A DNA stretch of 64,000 nucleotides from Azolla caroliniana. Taxonomy: Eukaryota; Plantae; Polypodiophyta. The stretch covers positions 15,252,001 through 15,316,000 of the forward strand of contig JBHGNT010000007.1 in the NCBI GenBank assembly GCA_043228905.1. Reading direction: 5' to 3'. Within the stretch, counting starts at the first letter, position 1, and every line of letters begins with the position of its first letter. Below are positions 1 through 11,900 of the stretch, piece by piece. The notes under the pieces were generated by a model that was not told the origin of the DNA, did no database searches, and saw nothing but the letters and a program-made list of their open reading frames with translations. The position numbers were made by a program, and so were the translations under genes.

Positions 1-297
1 CATGTACACAACAAAGCACATAGGGGGTGGAATTCAACACCCACAGAGGGAGGAGAACGTAGATATCACACACAATAGTGGAGCAAGGGTAGGTACACAA
101 AATCAAAATCAATCAATCGAGAGAGATAGATATAAAGAGACAAGTGAAATAAACTTGAGGAAACAAAGAAGAATAAGAAGATAGCACTTGGTTAGCAAAG
201 AAGGTTTTGGATACATGGAACATTACCTGATGCGTAAAATGGTGGTGTCAAACCTTAGATGTAAGATGACACTCTCATCTTCTATTTTGTCAAACAT

Positions 298-700
298 GTT
301 TCTTTGGTGTGTGATGGTCGATTAGTGGGTTGCCTTTAGTAAAGGCTTTAAAACGAAGACATATTTCAAATGAGATGTGTCTTTTCTATACAATAATTGA
401 GGAAGATAAGAGACATAATAAGTTCATTACATGCACAATTGCTAAAGCCATTTGGATAGTTATATCAAATTTGGGCATCATTAATAGTTAACAGACAATT
501 TTTTGACACCTTCTAAATGGGTTTTCATTGATGGTGCTAGCACTCTACCTACTCCAACATATCAGGTGGTGTTTGACTACCTTATATGTGTCGAAGGGAT
601 ACATCATAACTGGAGCATGATAAATGGGTTCTTGTTTGATGGACTTCGAGGGGGGTTGGTTACTAGAACGAATCTGTAGGCTGGAAAGGAAAGTTGATTT
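298..700 (+). pseudogene. Degenerate 3' remnant of an L1-type LINE (zinc-binding region downstream of RT)
   Basis: Broken frames read FLW...GLPL...LKRR and C-V-F...IEEDKRHNKFITCTIAKAIW, resembling the C-x2-C...E-x3-H-x-F-x2-C-x5-W motif of plant L1 ORF2. Boundaries approximate. Confidence 0.45.
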
Positions 701-1074
701 GGCAAATTTGGCAACTATACTCTATTGGGGATGTTGTCCCAAGAAGAGATATTAATTACATCAACGGAGCAGGTTTACCTAAAATGCCGTCATAAATCGC
801 TACTAATGAAGTAGTTGAGATAGCAAGGTTTTGTATTATCATGTGGTTTTAATACAAATATAGATTTACCAAGATGAAGGAGAATGAAGAAGAAGAACGA
901 AGACGAAGAAGAGAAGGTTGCCATATATATGTATGTAAGTAAGTTTAGTCTTGTAAATTTCCCGCAATCAATCAGAAGGCTTTGGAATTGTCGGGCCCAT
1001 TTTTGTAAATTGCAGCTAAAAGGACCATCACCACCGCCATCTTTCATCAGTCTTCCTTCCTTCCTGCTCTTCTG

Positions 1075-1420
1075 ATGTCCTACCGCGAAGAAACCCACAC
1101 AGAAGTAGAAGAAGACTACCTCCTCAAGATCGTGCTCTCAGGAGATGCATCTGTGGGGAAATCGAATCTGCTCTCCAGGTATGCTAAGAATGAGTTCAAT
1201 TCAAACAGCAAATCGACGGTCGGTGTCGAGTTTCAGACACAGAGTATGGAGATCAATGGAAGGAAGATCAAAGCTCAGATCTGGGACACTGCTGGGCAGG
1301 AGCGTTTCAGAGCTGTCACTGCTGCCTATTTTAGAGGTGCTGTTGGAGCTCTTATCGTCTACGACGTCAGCCGACGTCAGACCTTCGAAAATGTTCGTCA
1401 ATGGCTAAATGAACTTCGTT
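1075..1420 (+). CDS. RABA5: RabA5-like (Rab11 family) small GTPase, exon 1
   Basis: [20 protein letters not shown] (P-loop), [10 protein letters not shown] (effector), [13 protein letters not shown] (G3), [13 protein letters not shown] donor (GTAAGT) at 1421, phase 1. Confidence 0.93.
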
Positions 1421-1789
1421 GTAAGTCTTTTGATGTTTACTCCTCTTCCTTGGCTTGTTTTCGGTTTGATTCCGTTTGATCTTCCTTGGTTTGATTTCAT
1501 TTTATTATGGCTTAATTGCTTGTATTTTACCATATGTATATGTTGCCTTATCATTTAAGTTGATTCATTTCATCACATATACCAAAGGTGCTGCTTTGGT
1601 TGCCTCATATCCGTTTAACTGATACCATCTATAGATGTCTGCTTATCAAATGCCATTTGATTTCTATCGATTCATGGTTGTTGATGAGTATGTCAAATTC
1701 AATGCCATTCTGAGGTTCATTCATGATATACATATATGAAACAACAGCTGCCTTAGTGCAAAATCCTATTCCATTGTGTGCAATGATCG

Positions 1790-2410
1790 GCTCATTCATA
1801 GGATAGGGAAGGTGGTTCCTGATCATATAAAATATCAGGAAACCATTAGATCCACATTGATGGCTTCATTCATCATATGTACATGTTGACATAATTATTG
1901 ACAATACCAAACACATCAGCTTATCATATCAAATATGTATCAGGAAAGAAAGAAGTTAGATCCATATTATTGAGAGGCTCATTCATCGTATATACCAAAC
2001 ATGCCTGCTTATATTGTGTGAATGAGGAAATAAATCAGCAACATCAAATCCACATGCATGAAAATGTAACTCATATACTGAAAAAGGTGTTTGTTTCTCA
2101 TGTTAAAATATTGAGCTACAAACAAGAAATAATAGATCCACAGCGATTTCAGTTTCATTCATCATACTAAAGATGTTGAGTAGGTGGTTATCATATCAAA
2201 TATTAGACAAGAAACATCAAATCTCCAGCCATTGTAGTTCATTCTTTGTAGCAAAGGTGTTTGCTAGGCGCTTATCATATCAAAGATTAGAAAATAAACA
2301 AGAAACATCTGACCACAATGATATGCTCATTCACTATTGTATCAAGGATATTTTGTTATCATATCAAATAACATTAAGATCTACATTGCTAGAGTCATTT
2401 ATCATTTATT
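1790..2410. repeat. Degenerate tandem repeat (~84-90 bp unit) inside the Rab intron
   Basis: TTATCATATCAAA recurs at 1921, 2188, 2272 and 2356 (last three exactly 84 bp apart), with accompanying AGATCCACA, TCATTCA and AAGGTGTTTG motifs. Confidence 0.65.
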
Positions 2411-2484
2411 GGACATGGTTGCTTATATCAATCTCTTCAAATGGTGGTTGTTTTCTCAATTCGTTCTGCTTCTTTTTTTTCCAG

Positions 2485-2822
2485 ACCATTCAGATATGAG
2501 TGTTGTAACTATTCTTGTGGGGAATAAGTGTGATCGTAAGTATGTACGAGAAGTTTCGGTGGAAGAGGGGCGCTCACTTGCAATGTCCGAAAACTTGTTC
2601 TTCATTGAGACTTCAGCTTTGGATGCAACGAATGTCGTAAATGCATTTCAGATAGTTATCAAGGAGATCTACAGAATTGTAAGCAGGAAGGTTTTGGCTG
2701 CTAATCTAAGAAAAACTTCATCTGCATTTAGCAACACCAAAGTAGTGGCATTGCAAGAAGATTGTGAAGAAGAAGTACACGAGGGAGAAGTACATACCAA
2801 GTCGAAATGCTGTTTTGGTTAG
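2485..2822 (+). CDS. RABA5: RabA5-like GTPase, exon 2 (spliced CDS 684 nt, 227 aa)
   Basis: Pyrimidine tract + CCAG acceptor ending 2484. Splicing restores WLNELR-Y-HSDMSVVTILVGNKCD (HSDMxVVTILVGNK is typical of RabA5), then ETSAL (G5) and a C-terminal CCFG prenylation motif. Confidence 0.93.
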
Positions 2823-5269
2823 CAGAATGGTTTGGTTTATATTGTACTTTTGTATTTTTTATTATGATGCCTTAAATTTTAGGCTTTACACCCAAGGAGG
2901 AATGTTGTATATACAGCATTCGTTTTATGATCATTTATGAATGGATGATAAACATGTAATGAACAAAAATCACATCGAAGACGATTCACAAAATATCGTG
3001 AGATGTGTAGCTATCCTATTCCATTACACAACTCCTGATAACCAGTAATTTATAAATGTGTATCGTATCCCATCCATTTGTTCGGCCAGTGTCGATGCAC
3101 CAACTATTCTGTTATGATTTTTCAATTGTCTTCCATTACTCATTTCAAGAATTTGAGAAGAGACTTTGCAATATCGTTAGAAAATTGAGCCGTGCAATGA
3201 TGTATCAAACTAGGAATAGAACAAAACAGACGCATCAAACATTGTAATCAAATCAATTTCTTTATCATGTGTATTGCAATCAAATCAATTTCGTATTGTG
3301 ATACCAACCACACTGAAGAGGTTCAACATTGACTAAAAAGAAGTCTACCTTGGCTTTGTCAAGAAATATTTTCTTCACTTATAACTTTGACAACAAAAGT
3401 TGTCACCTTCTGTAAACTTCTTTGTTTGGCTTTTGTTGTGTGGACATTCCAAAGTTACTAAATGCATGATTTCCACATGCACGAAATAGCATTTCTTTGA
3501 AGTTTCCAAAGTATGATTGGCCATTGGTATGTAAACGTTCTTTGTCGCTTAGGAGTTGATTTTACATATTGAAATGATCATAAAACTCATCATAATCAAG
3601 ACTACAAGGTGATTACAAAATGGTTAGTGATAGCGATAGACATAGTAACTAAAAAAGGCCTCAAAAGCTGGAGTCTAGGTAGGATGCGAGAATAGCTCTT
3701 TTGTTTTTGCACTTGAAAATATGTATTTGAGGAATGAGCTTGGCATACCATAGTTTTGCAATTTGCAACATGCAAGGGAAATAGGCATTACATGCCCGCA
3801 AACAATATTTGGAATGATAATATTTGACAAAACATAGCAGCAACATACTTTACAACATCGAGCGTATATGGAATGATCACTTTCCACCTTGTTCTCAATA
3901 TACCAATTTTGAAGCTAGAAAATTCGACATTTTTACCTAGCTACGAGGTATATTCTTGAAACTTGTCAAGACTCAAAGAAATTGTTTCTCATCCTCATCA
4001 AGTGTTAGCGTAAATATGAAATATCATCCAAGAAAAATTACCATGTCTTGGTCCAATGGATCATCAAGCAAAACTCTGATTGGTGGTTTGAATTTGACAA
4101 GAGAACTATGTAGTGATAAAACTAATAACTCAATTAAACCAATAACAATGTAATTTCAGGATTGACCATTTCATTGAACATCCAAAGACTCTTAAATAAC
4201 ATACATACAACATACACGCACATTTGTTTTTTTATTAATAATCAATACAAGGTGACTTACTTACCCTAATATGTTCTATTGTCATTATTGAGTGCGTCAA
4301 AGGAACCAACCATTGGGAAGCATGAAGAACCATTATAGTGGAGGATTGGAAGAACTTCTTAGAGCTAATGTTAAAGGCCACTCATAGTTATTGTATTGAT
4401 TGAGGTTAAACCCATATTTGGGTGAAAGCATGGGAACGGGAACAATTAGTTGTGTCCTTAACATAACTAATTAGTTCTGCAAAATGCTATATATAATTTA
4501 GTTGTTTGGTCTTTATCGAGGTTATCAAAATGTGATCTCAAATAAAGTCAAAATTAAATGTGTACAATAAATAGTAATATTAGAATATTACTAATTTAGG
4601 AAATTCCTAGATGGATTCAAGACCCTATTATGCATGATCAATCACATTGGCAATGTTAATGGTATTGTTCCTGTCTCCTCATGCCTTCTACAACCTTCTT
4701 TCCCTCATACATGTGTTATTGCCCTTTAGAAACACGGGGATCGGATACTCGTTCCTTTGGTATCCAACTCAAGGACTTGTAGTCAGGAGACGAGAAATGT
4801 GGATTGTTTACACATGGTAGTGCATGACTCACACAACGAACACATTAAGGCCACTTAGATTTATACCTTTTTGAGTTGTAGTATCTACGGAGCTTATGGA
4901 CCAAGCCGACTACAATGGACTAGTTGAATTTAGCACATAGTAAAAGACTTAAAGACTCTTCGACACAGACATAGAGTAATGCAAATAGATATTCTATTAA
5001 ACAACTGGACTCAATACAACTTATAAACTTTTTACAAGTCTTCATGTCCCTTTTTATAGGGAGCATGGATGGTTACGTCTAGAACGTGAATCATGACTAC
5101 TTCCTCTAATTATAATACATACATTATATTTTGTTTCGGTTCCCTATCCGGCCCCATCCATCACTGTTCCGACTTGCACTCATCCTTACTGGGCCCTTTC
5201 ACATGTTGACCATCCTGACGGACCAACATGTTTCTATCCGCCATAGCTCCTTTGTGCATCTATACATGG

Positions 5270-5690
5270 TGTCACGACACAGTGACATGAAATATGTAGT
5301 TGGTGAGGATTGAACCTACAACCTCACATCAACAAGATGTCATGCTCAACCATTTTGACATGAACATGCATTTGTATATATTCTATAGTCTAACATATAA
5401 TACATTTTAGAGTCAAAATATTCTAGTCATTAGTATATTCTAGAGATATTTCTCAAGTATATTCTCGAGATATTCAATCTCAGAACTTTGTATAAATACT
5501 TGTAACCTCCTTGGTCCCTTTCAAGGAATTGAACACCAGTCATTGACACATCAATCTAGTATTCTTGTTTAATTCCATCTTGTCTCCTTCTTCATCTTTG
5601 TCTTCATGCTCTCACGTTCTTCATTTCATATTTGATCGTAGCCCCATCATCTGTGCTCCGTCCGAGTCCGCAGTTGGTGTGTTCGTGACA
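5270..5690 (+). mobile_element. Lone chromovirus-type LTR (L)
   Basis: 8-bp terminal inverted repeat TGTCACGA...TCGTGACA, 421 bp, TATAAATA ~5491, same layout as the LTRs of A and E. TSD not clean (CATGG/GTTGG). Confidence 0.65.
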
Positions 5691-5807
5691 GTTGGTATTG
5701 TTGTCATCGCTCCTTACTGCCTTTGTAAGTACTGTTGTTGGAATCACTTCTTACCACCTCTGCATGTACGGTTATTGCAATCGCTCCTTACTACCCCTGT
5801 CTGTACC

Positions 5808-6282
5808 TGTTATGTAAACATAACGTAGGTGAGGGTAGGTCACTAATATTTACATAAGTGAAGGGTATGTTCACTAATGTTAAAAAGGGGACTAATGTGA
5901 TTGGATAAAAGGAATGATAGGTGCATGTACTATCATGATTTGGACAACCAATGAATGGAGAGCCTTTTAGAAAGGTACATCTATTCAAGGGGCCTAGGAA
6001 GAGGTATAAATATGAGGCTTAGCTACCCTCATAAGCACATTACGTCGGAAGGCTACTGTCTTAGACATTGGTGATGTGGGCTAGGCTTTCATCTCAACGA
6101 TCGTGTAATCTCTTCCAAGGTATTAGTCATCCTAATATTTGATGTTATGGGACGTCGGTGGTAGGTTGGCTATGTCTAGATGATAGCCTGGGGGTGCTCA
6201 GGTGGAACAGGTTCATTTGTCCAAATCTATTTTCCTTCTTTTACTTTATTTTGGTCTATTGATTAGGAATAGACTCTTAACA
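5808..6282 (+). repeat. 5' LTR of host Ty3/Gypsy element F
   Basis: TGTTA...TAACA termini, TATAAATA ~6005, followed by PBS TGGTATCAAAGC (6284-6295, tRNA-iMet type). No second LTR in the window; left boundary less certain. Confidence 0.7.
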
Positions 6283-7029
6283 GTGGTATCAAAGCATTTA
6301 CTAACAATTTTTTTTGTTGTTTTGATGTTTTTTGTGTGTGAGGGATGGGGATCTAACAAAGCTCCTCCTGCTCTTCTGAGGATCAAAACAAAATTCAAAA
6401 CCTGGTATTCTTCTTTCTCTATCTCTCTTCTTTTGTATGATGCATTATTCTTGGTCGCATGGAAATTGTATTACGTTTCCTTTCCTTTCCTTTCTTCTTT
6501 CTACAATGATACGATTTACAATCTTATTTTGCATCGGGTCGAGCGTGTTTGCACTAATCACACACGTTCAACTTATGGCCCTTTGGCATATTGCGATGTA
6601 TCTCCCACTCTCCCCTCTCTTGAGCATATGTATATGTGCATACCTTGCACCATCCATTTATTTGTGACTTTTTTTTTAGTAGGTAGCACATGGGTTTTTT
6701 GACCCTTATCTTATGGGTAGTGCCTTATTTTATCGTTTCTGTCATAACATTTGCTTGTCATAACATTTGCTTGTTACTCGCAAGACTAGAATATTACTTG
6801 CGAGTGCACTTGTTTTTTCACATAATACACTTTCTCTACCATATCAATATATGTTGGGTTAACATTTTAATATTGTCATGATAACAGTCACATCATATAT
6901 CGAAAGGATTTGAACCCACAACTTTATCGTACACATGTCAAATCCTTAACCATTGTATTAATATTCTTATATGTATAATTTTTAGAATATGAAATCTAAT
7001 ATTATAGGAATATTCTATATTACTCTACA

Positions 7030-7163
7030 TTCTAGAATGACCTAGAATATTCTAGAGTGTTCTATATCACTAGAACCTTCTAGAATACTCTAGAGATCTT
7101 CTAGATTACTCTACATTCTAGGATAACCTAGAATATTCTAGAGTGTTCTCTATTACTTATAAA
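7030..7163 (+). promoter_or_regulatory. Heat-shock-element array + TATA box in A 5' LTR
   Basis: Alternating GAA/TTC in 5-bp phase, e.g. aGAAccTTCtaGAAt at 7072-7086; TATAAA at 7158. Confidence 0.7.
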
Positions 7164-7298
7164 TAGGGATCTACCACTCATCCCAAACCTAAATTGGTTC
7201 AACACCATTTTGTAGCCTCCTCGTTGTAATCCATTTTACTCTTCAATATAATAATTCTCTTTCAATTATCTCTCTCTCTCTCTCTCTCTCTCTTGACA

Positions 7299-7312
7299 GT
7301 TTGAACCAATTT
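7299..7312 (+). other. Self-priming PBS of A
   Basis: TTGAACCAATTT (7301-7312) is the exact reverse complement of AAATTGGTTCAA (7191-7202), which lies ~33 nt after the TATA box. No TGG-type tRNA PBS. Confidence 0.85.
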
Positions 7313-7504
7313 TTTCCTTTCATCTCTTCATCTTCCACAAACCCTAGCAAGTTCTCTTCTTCCTTCTCCTCTCCCCTCATAAGTTATGGAGTCTGTGAGC
7401 AAACAAGAATACATGCATGTTCTTTCTGAGCTTGACATGCTCATGAATAAATTTGTGGCATTAGAGCATGAGAATCAAAGGCTACTTGGAGACCAACAAC
7501 ACGT

Positions 7505-8296
7505 TGTCGGGATATTACGCAAGTGCGTGTGGAATCGAGGCGGGACCGCGGGGGTCTCGAACCAAAGAGCAAGCGAGGGAGGAGAAAGAGAGAGAACCGG
7601 CTACGCAGGACCGAGGATACACAGGGACACGGCCCTTCAGCACGGAGAACGCGAACAGACGCCGACACAGACAGATGCGAATGACTAAATATGTATATTA
7701 ACAAAAATGGCTAACACGACTACAACCCTCGATGGGGCACAGGTTGGTTACACCCGAACAGGCCGGCGAACAGATGCCGATGCCTGTTCGCTTCGACGCA
7801 CAAAGGGGTAGCAGGTCGGAGGTGCTGCCGGAAGCACTCGGGCGTTCCTCGAAACAGCGCGAGCCTCCTCGGAACCCTGCACAGAAAGCTATGGAGCTCA
7901 AGAAGGAAGGAAACAGAGAGAGAAGCGTCCAGAAACGGTCCGACAGCACTTCGTCCTCTCTGCGCGAGATCCCTGCAACAGCTCTTTCCTGCTCCTTATA
8001 TAGGCCGACGAGTAGGCCGTCATGTCAGCTTTATTCCCTGTCCCTTTTGGACAGGGATCCGCTCCGTTCTTCGCGCATCCGCGTAGTTACGCCGCCGACT
8101 CGTACAGTTCCTTAACTCGCGCGCGCGACCGAAAAGACTGTTCGCGTGGTCTTTGTCTCCACTTGTGTTAGGGCCCGTTCCTGCCGATTATCCTCCTAAT
8201 TCGCTTCTATGTACAACTTGGAGCGTGCGCGCGTGAAGAACCGGTTCCCACGCCTTGGTGCGCCGATTCCGCTTATGGACGGTTTTCTTCACGACA
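7505..8296 (-). mobile_element. Solo LTR of family B inserted in A gag
   Basis: 792 bp, near-identical reverse complement of 21568-22359; 4-bp TSD ACGT. Confidence 0.95.
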
Positions 8297-8990
8297 ACGT
8301 GAGCGCCGAAAAAACTCAACAATATGAAGAGTTATCACAGCGGGTTCATCAACTCGAGGCGACTATATTGTCATTACGAGAGCAAGCGTCAAGGGCTCAA
8401 AACTCCCCTAGAGAACCAAAGATCAGCCTCCCCACCAAGTTTGATGGTACGAGGTCATTATTTCGAGGCTTTTTGAATCAAGTTTGTCTGGTTATTCATG
8501 TTACCTGGCCGGCAAAGAAGGCTTAAGGATGTCCAGACCAGAGTGTGAAAGGAATAGTTTATTCGGGAATTGTTGTAATTATTTATTTAATATGGACGTA
8601 CGGACCGGAATCGGTATGCCGATCCGGATCCGGACTGATTCCGAATAGGTGCCGGTTGGCACCGTTTTGTACTTCGCACCGAAGACCTATATAAAGGCCC
8701 GGTTACAATGTAATTGACAGCGGATAATTAATAGAACTTATTGCCTTAACCTTTCAGTATTGATTACCGTTCTGTGCTTATTGTATATCTTATGCGTGTT
8801 AATGATGTATTGCTAAGTAACCAATTAAGGTCTAATTAAGCATTGTGTCGTAAGTCATCTTGCCGTAACACCCTTTGGTGAAGTGTCTTAAGTGGACACC
8901 CTGTGTTAGGTTGTTGTTCGGCCCTAGGATTAACACAGTTTTTGGCGACCACGATTCCTGCACAATCGCAGTGAACAACGGCGGGAATGG

Positions 8991-11900
8991 ATGACTAGGC
9001 CAACAGACGACCCGGTTACGGAGAGAGCACGAAGACTTGCTGAACGGTGAAGGCGGCGGGAGGCTTTCCAGCAAGCAACGGAAGAAATCCGATCGGATCG
9101 ATCATTTTCCAAAGTGATCCGGAAAGTGGTGGAGGAGTCACTCCCGTCTGCAACAAAACGCCTACCCAGACGAAGGAAGCAGCTTAAGCAGCCTCCGGGA
9201 AGTGGAATCCCTTCTCCAGGCCTTGGCCGGACGAGACGGCGAATCCGAAGCATTTTCAGCGTTGGAATTAGATTCAGAAGGGGGTTACAACGCGCACACG
9301 AACTATCGCAGCAGTAACGACACCCGAAGAGGACCGGAGGACGAGGAGTCAGATACATTACCGACACCGGAACTTGAGTTGTCAGACCGGGAACCCCCGA
9401 CACTAGACGTGGAGCAACCTCCGGAGACGGAAGAAGACAAAGAAAGACTTCCGACACCGGAAGTTGAGCCAGGAACACCAAAGGAAGACCGGCAAAGACC
9501 TCCGATGCTGACGGAACAGCAGGAAAGACCACTGACACCGCCAGCCCGCGTACCGACACCGGACGACGACATGCTGTTCCAGTACTCCAAGTATAGGGAT
9601 GACCCGGACGCGGAGGCTCATGTTCACGTTTTCCAACAAACATGGGAGGCGAACCATGTGTCACAACGGTTAACCGCGGCCGAAGAGGAATGATCTAAGA
9701 TAGCCGAATTCGGCGTGACATTGGAAGGACCTGCTGCCAGATGGCACCGAACGCAAGACCCCAGCACCATCACCACCTTTGCGGCCCTGAAAGATAAATT
9801 CTTGCACTTCTTTCAGAAGGAGGTGGACCAGAGAGAAATGGTGGGCCTATTTTATACCATCCGGTAGGACCCCGGGGAGAGCATTCCGCAGTTTGTCATC
9901 CGGTTTCAACGGATGCACAGTCAGCTTACCTGCACACCTCCGGAGGAAGAAACACGGGCTATATTCTTAGCCACATTCCGGGAACCTCTATGAACGGTAT
10001 GCACGGTCATCGACTTTTGCACAAGCACCGTCGACCAGGTCATCGACCGGGTAAGCGAAATAGAGAAAACGAGCTCTTGGCTAACAATGGGAGCCCTCCA
10101 ACGAGCGTTACCAACCGATGAGGATCTCCGGTTCCGGCAATCAATCCAATGCACGACCTGCTTGAATTCCGGACACTTGTCACTGGAGTGCACCATGTAG
10201 ATGCACTGCTTACTCTGCCAATCTATGAGCCACACGATGGACCGGTGCGAATATAACTTATTGAATCGGCAAGCACCACCAGTCCGGCAAATTGAGCCAC
10301 GTAGCAGCCGAGACGAAGAAGACGAACGCTGGCGGCAAGAGGAGCGATATCGACCGGCACAGGATGTCCGATACGGCGATCGGCGAAACAACTATGACCG
10401 GTACGAGAAATATGATAGGTACCGAGATTACAATGGATGGTACGAGCATTACAACCGGGATCACTCCCCCGGGTATCACCAACGATGGGAAGATTACGGG
10501 TGATATGACGACCAACCCCGTCAAGGGTACCGCAACAAAAAGAACTTTAATAAAAAATGGCATTTCAAAAAAGGGAGCCACCCACGTGAACCGGAAAAAG
10601 GCGCCTCAAGCAGCCAACCAGACCAAAGCCCCACCGGGTACGGGAAACAATGCCGAATCCAGCAATACCCGAAAAGCATATTGCTATTATTGCCGGCAAG
10701 AAGGACATTATAGTAATCAATGTCCGGCAAAGAGCTATGACAAGCGACCGGCAGTAAACATGGTAGTCGCCGAAGTCGCAGACCTGCGGCAGGTTACCAC
10801 AAGGTCGAAGGGCAAGACGACGGAATGGGAGACACAAGAGGCCATCCGGAAACAGGCAATAGAATGGGTGAAAAAGGCAAATGAGCGAAACGTAGTAGAA
10901 CTTGCATAGCAAAAGGAGAACACCGAAGAGCTCGCCGGCGGTAGTCAAACCGAAAATGCGACATGGCAGGCATTGGAGGAGTGCCAAATCAGGCTGCCAT
11001 TAGGACGGCTCCTGCAACTAGTGCCCAGATTCATAGATAGGCATGACGACAGGAGAAACACCACCAACACCAACATTCCTCTCAAATCCGGAGGAGGGAA
11101 CGGCGGTGGTAGATACAAACAGTCCGGCGATCACAGCCATCGTGAAGGGAAAGGAGTTACCTGGAACAATAATAGATGGAGGATCCGACGTCAATGTGAT
11201 TAGCCTCTAAACATGCACAACTTGGGAATCCAAGAGTGGGAACCATGCCCGTTCTGGCTACGGATGGCGGTTACAAGCTCAGTACGACCGATCGGCTTAA
11301 TACGAGATTTGGAAGTAACAATCGGCGGCCACACATTTCGCATCTCGACAGTAGTGCTACAATTACAGGCACAAGGAGCTTACCTGTTATTGTTGGGGCG
11401 GCTGTGGCAAAAAACGGCGCACATTAAACAAAACTGGAGAAAGAATATAATCACCTTCCGGCGGGGAAAAGCAAAAGTACGGATACCGACACAACCACGG
11501 ACGGGTACCGGGAAGGAATTAACACCCCTATATGCCGAATGTGTCAATATGCTGGACGGATTAGCAGACGAAGAGGTGGATCAATACTTGCAAGATAATC
11601 TGAAGATAGTACCCCTGTTCGAAATTGACGTAGCTGAAGCCGTATCACCATACATACTACCACCGGACGGAGCGGACGAAGAACCAAATAAAGAAGCGAT
11701 CCGGGAGCTACGACAAGCACAAGAAGCGTTGGAAACCGAAATGGCCGTATCACAACGGGTTAAAGCATCCCAACTAAAGGAGGTAAATCTAGGAACTATG
11801 GAAGAGGCGAGACCGGTGCAGATAGCCAAGGAAATGACTACGGAAAACCGAACGGCGATGATTACACTTCTCAAAGAGTTTCGGGACATGTTTGCCTGGT

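Noticed and set aside
884-1075. 63-aa ORF whose TGA overlaps the Rab ATG (possible uORF)
   Set aside because: Low complexity, no recognisable motif, and probably starts upstream of the transcription start.
3300-4200. Minus-strand fragments that look like decayed coding sequence (possible DNA transposon)
   Set aside because: No motif I can name and no termini found.
4860-5807. Possible older minus-strand LTR remnant hosting L and F (TATAAAAAGGG on minus ~5050)
   Set aside because: No identifiable termini, PBS or partner copy.
6202-6702. 166-aa hydrophobic ORF
   Set aside because: Spans F's LTR end, PBS and T-rich leader; hydrophobicity is a composition artefact.
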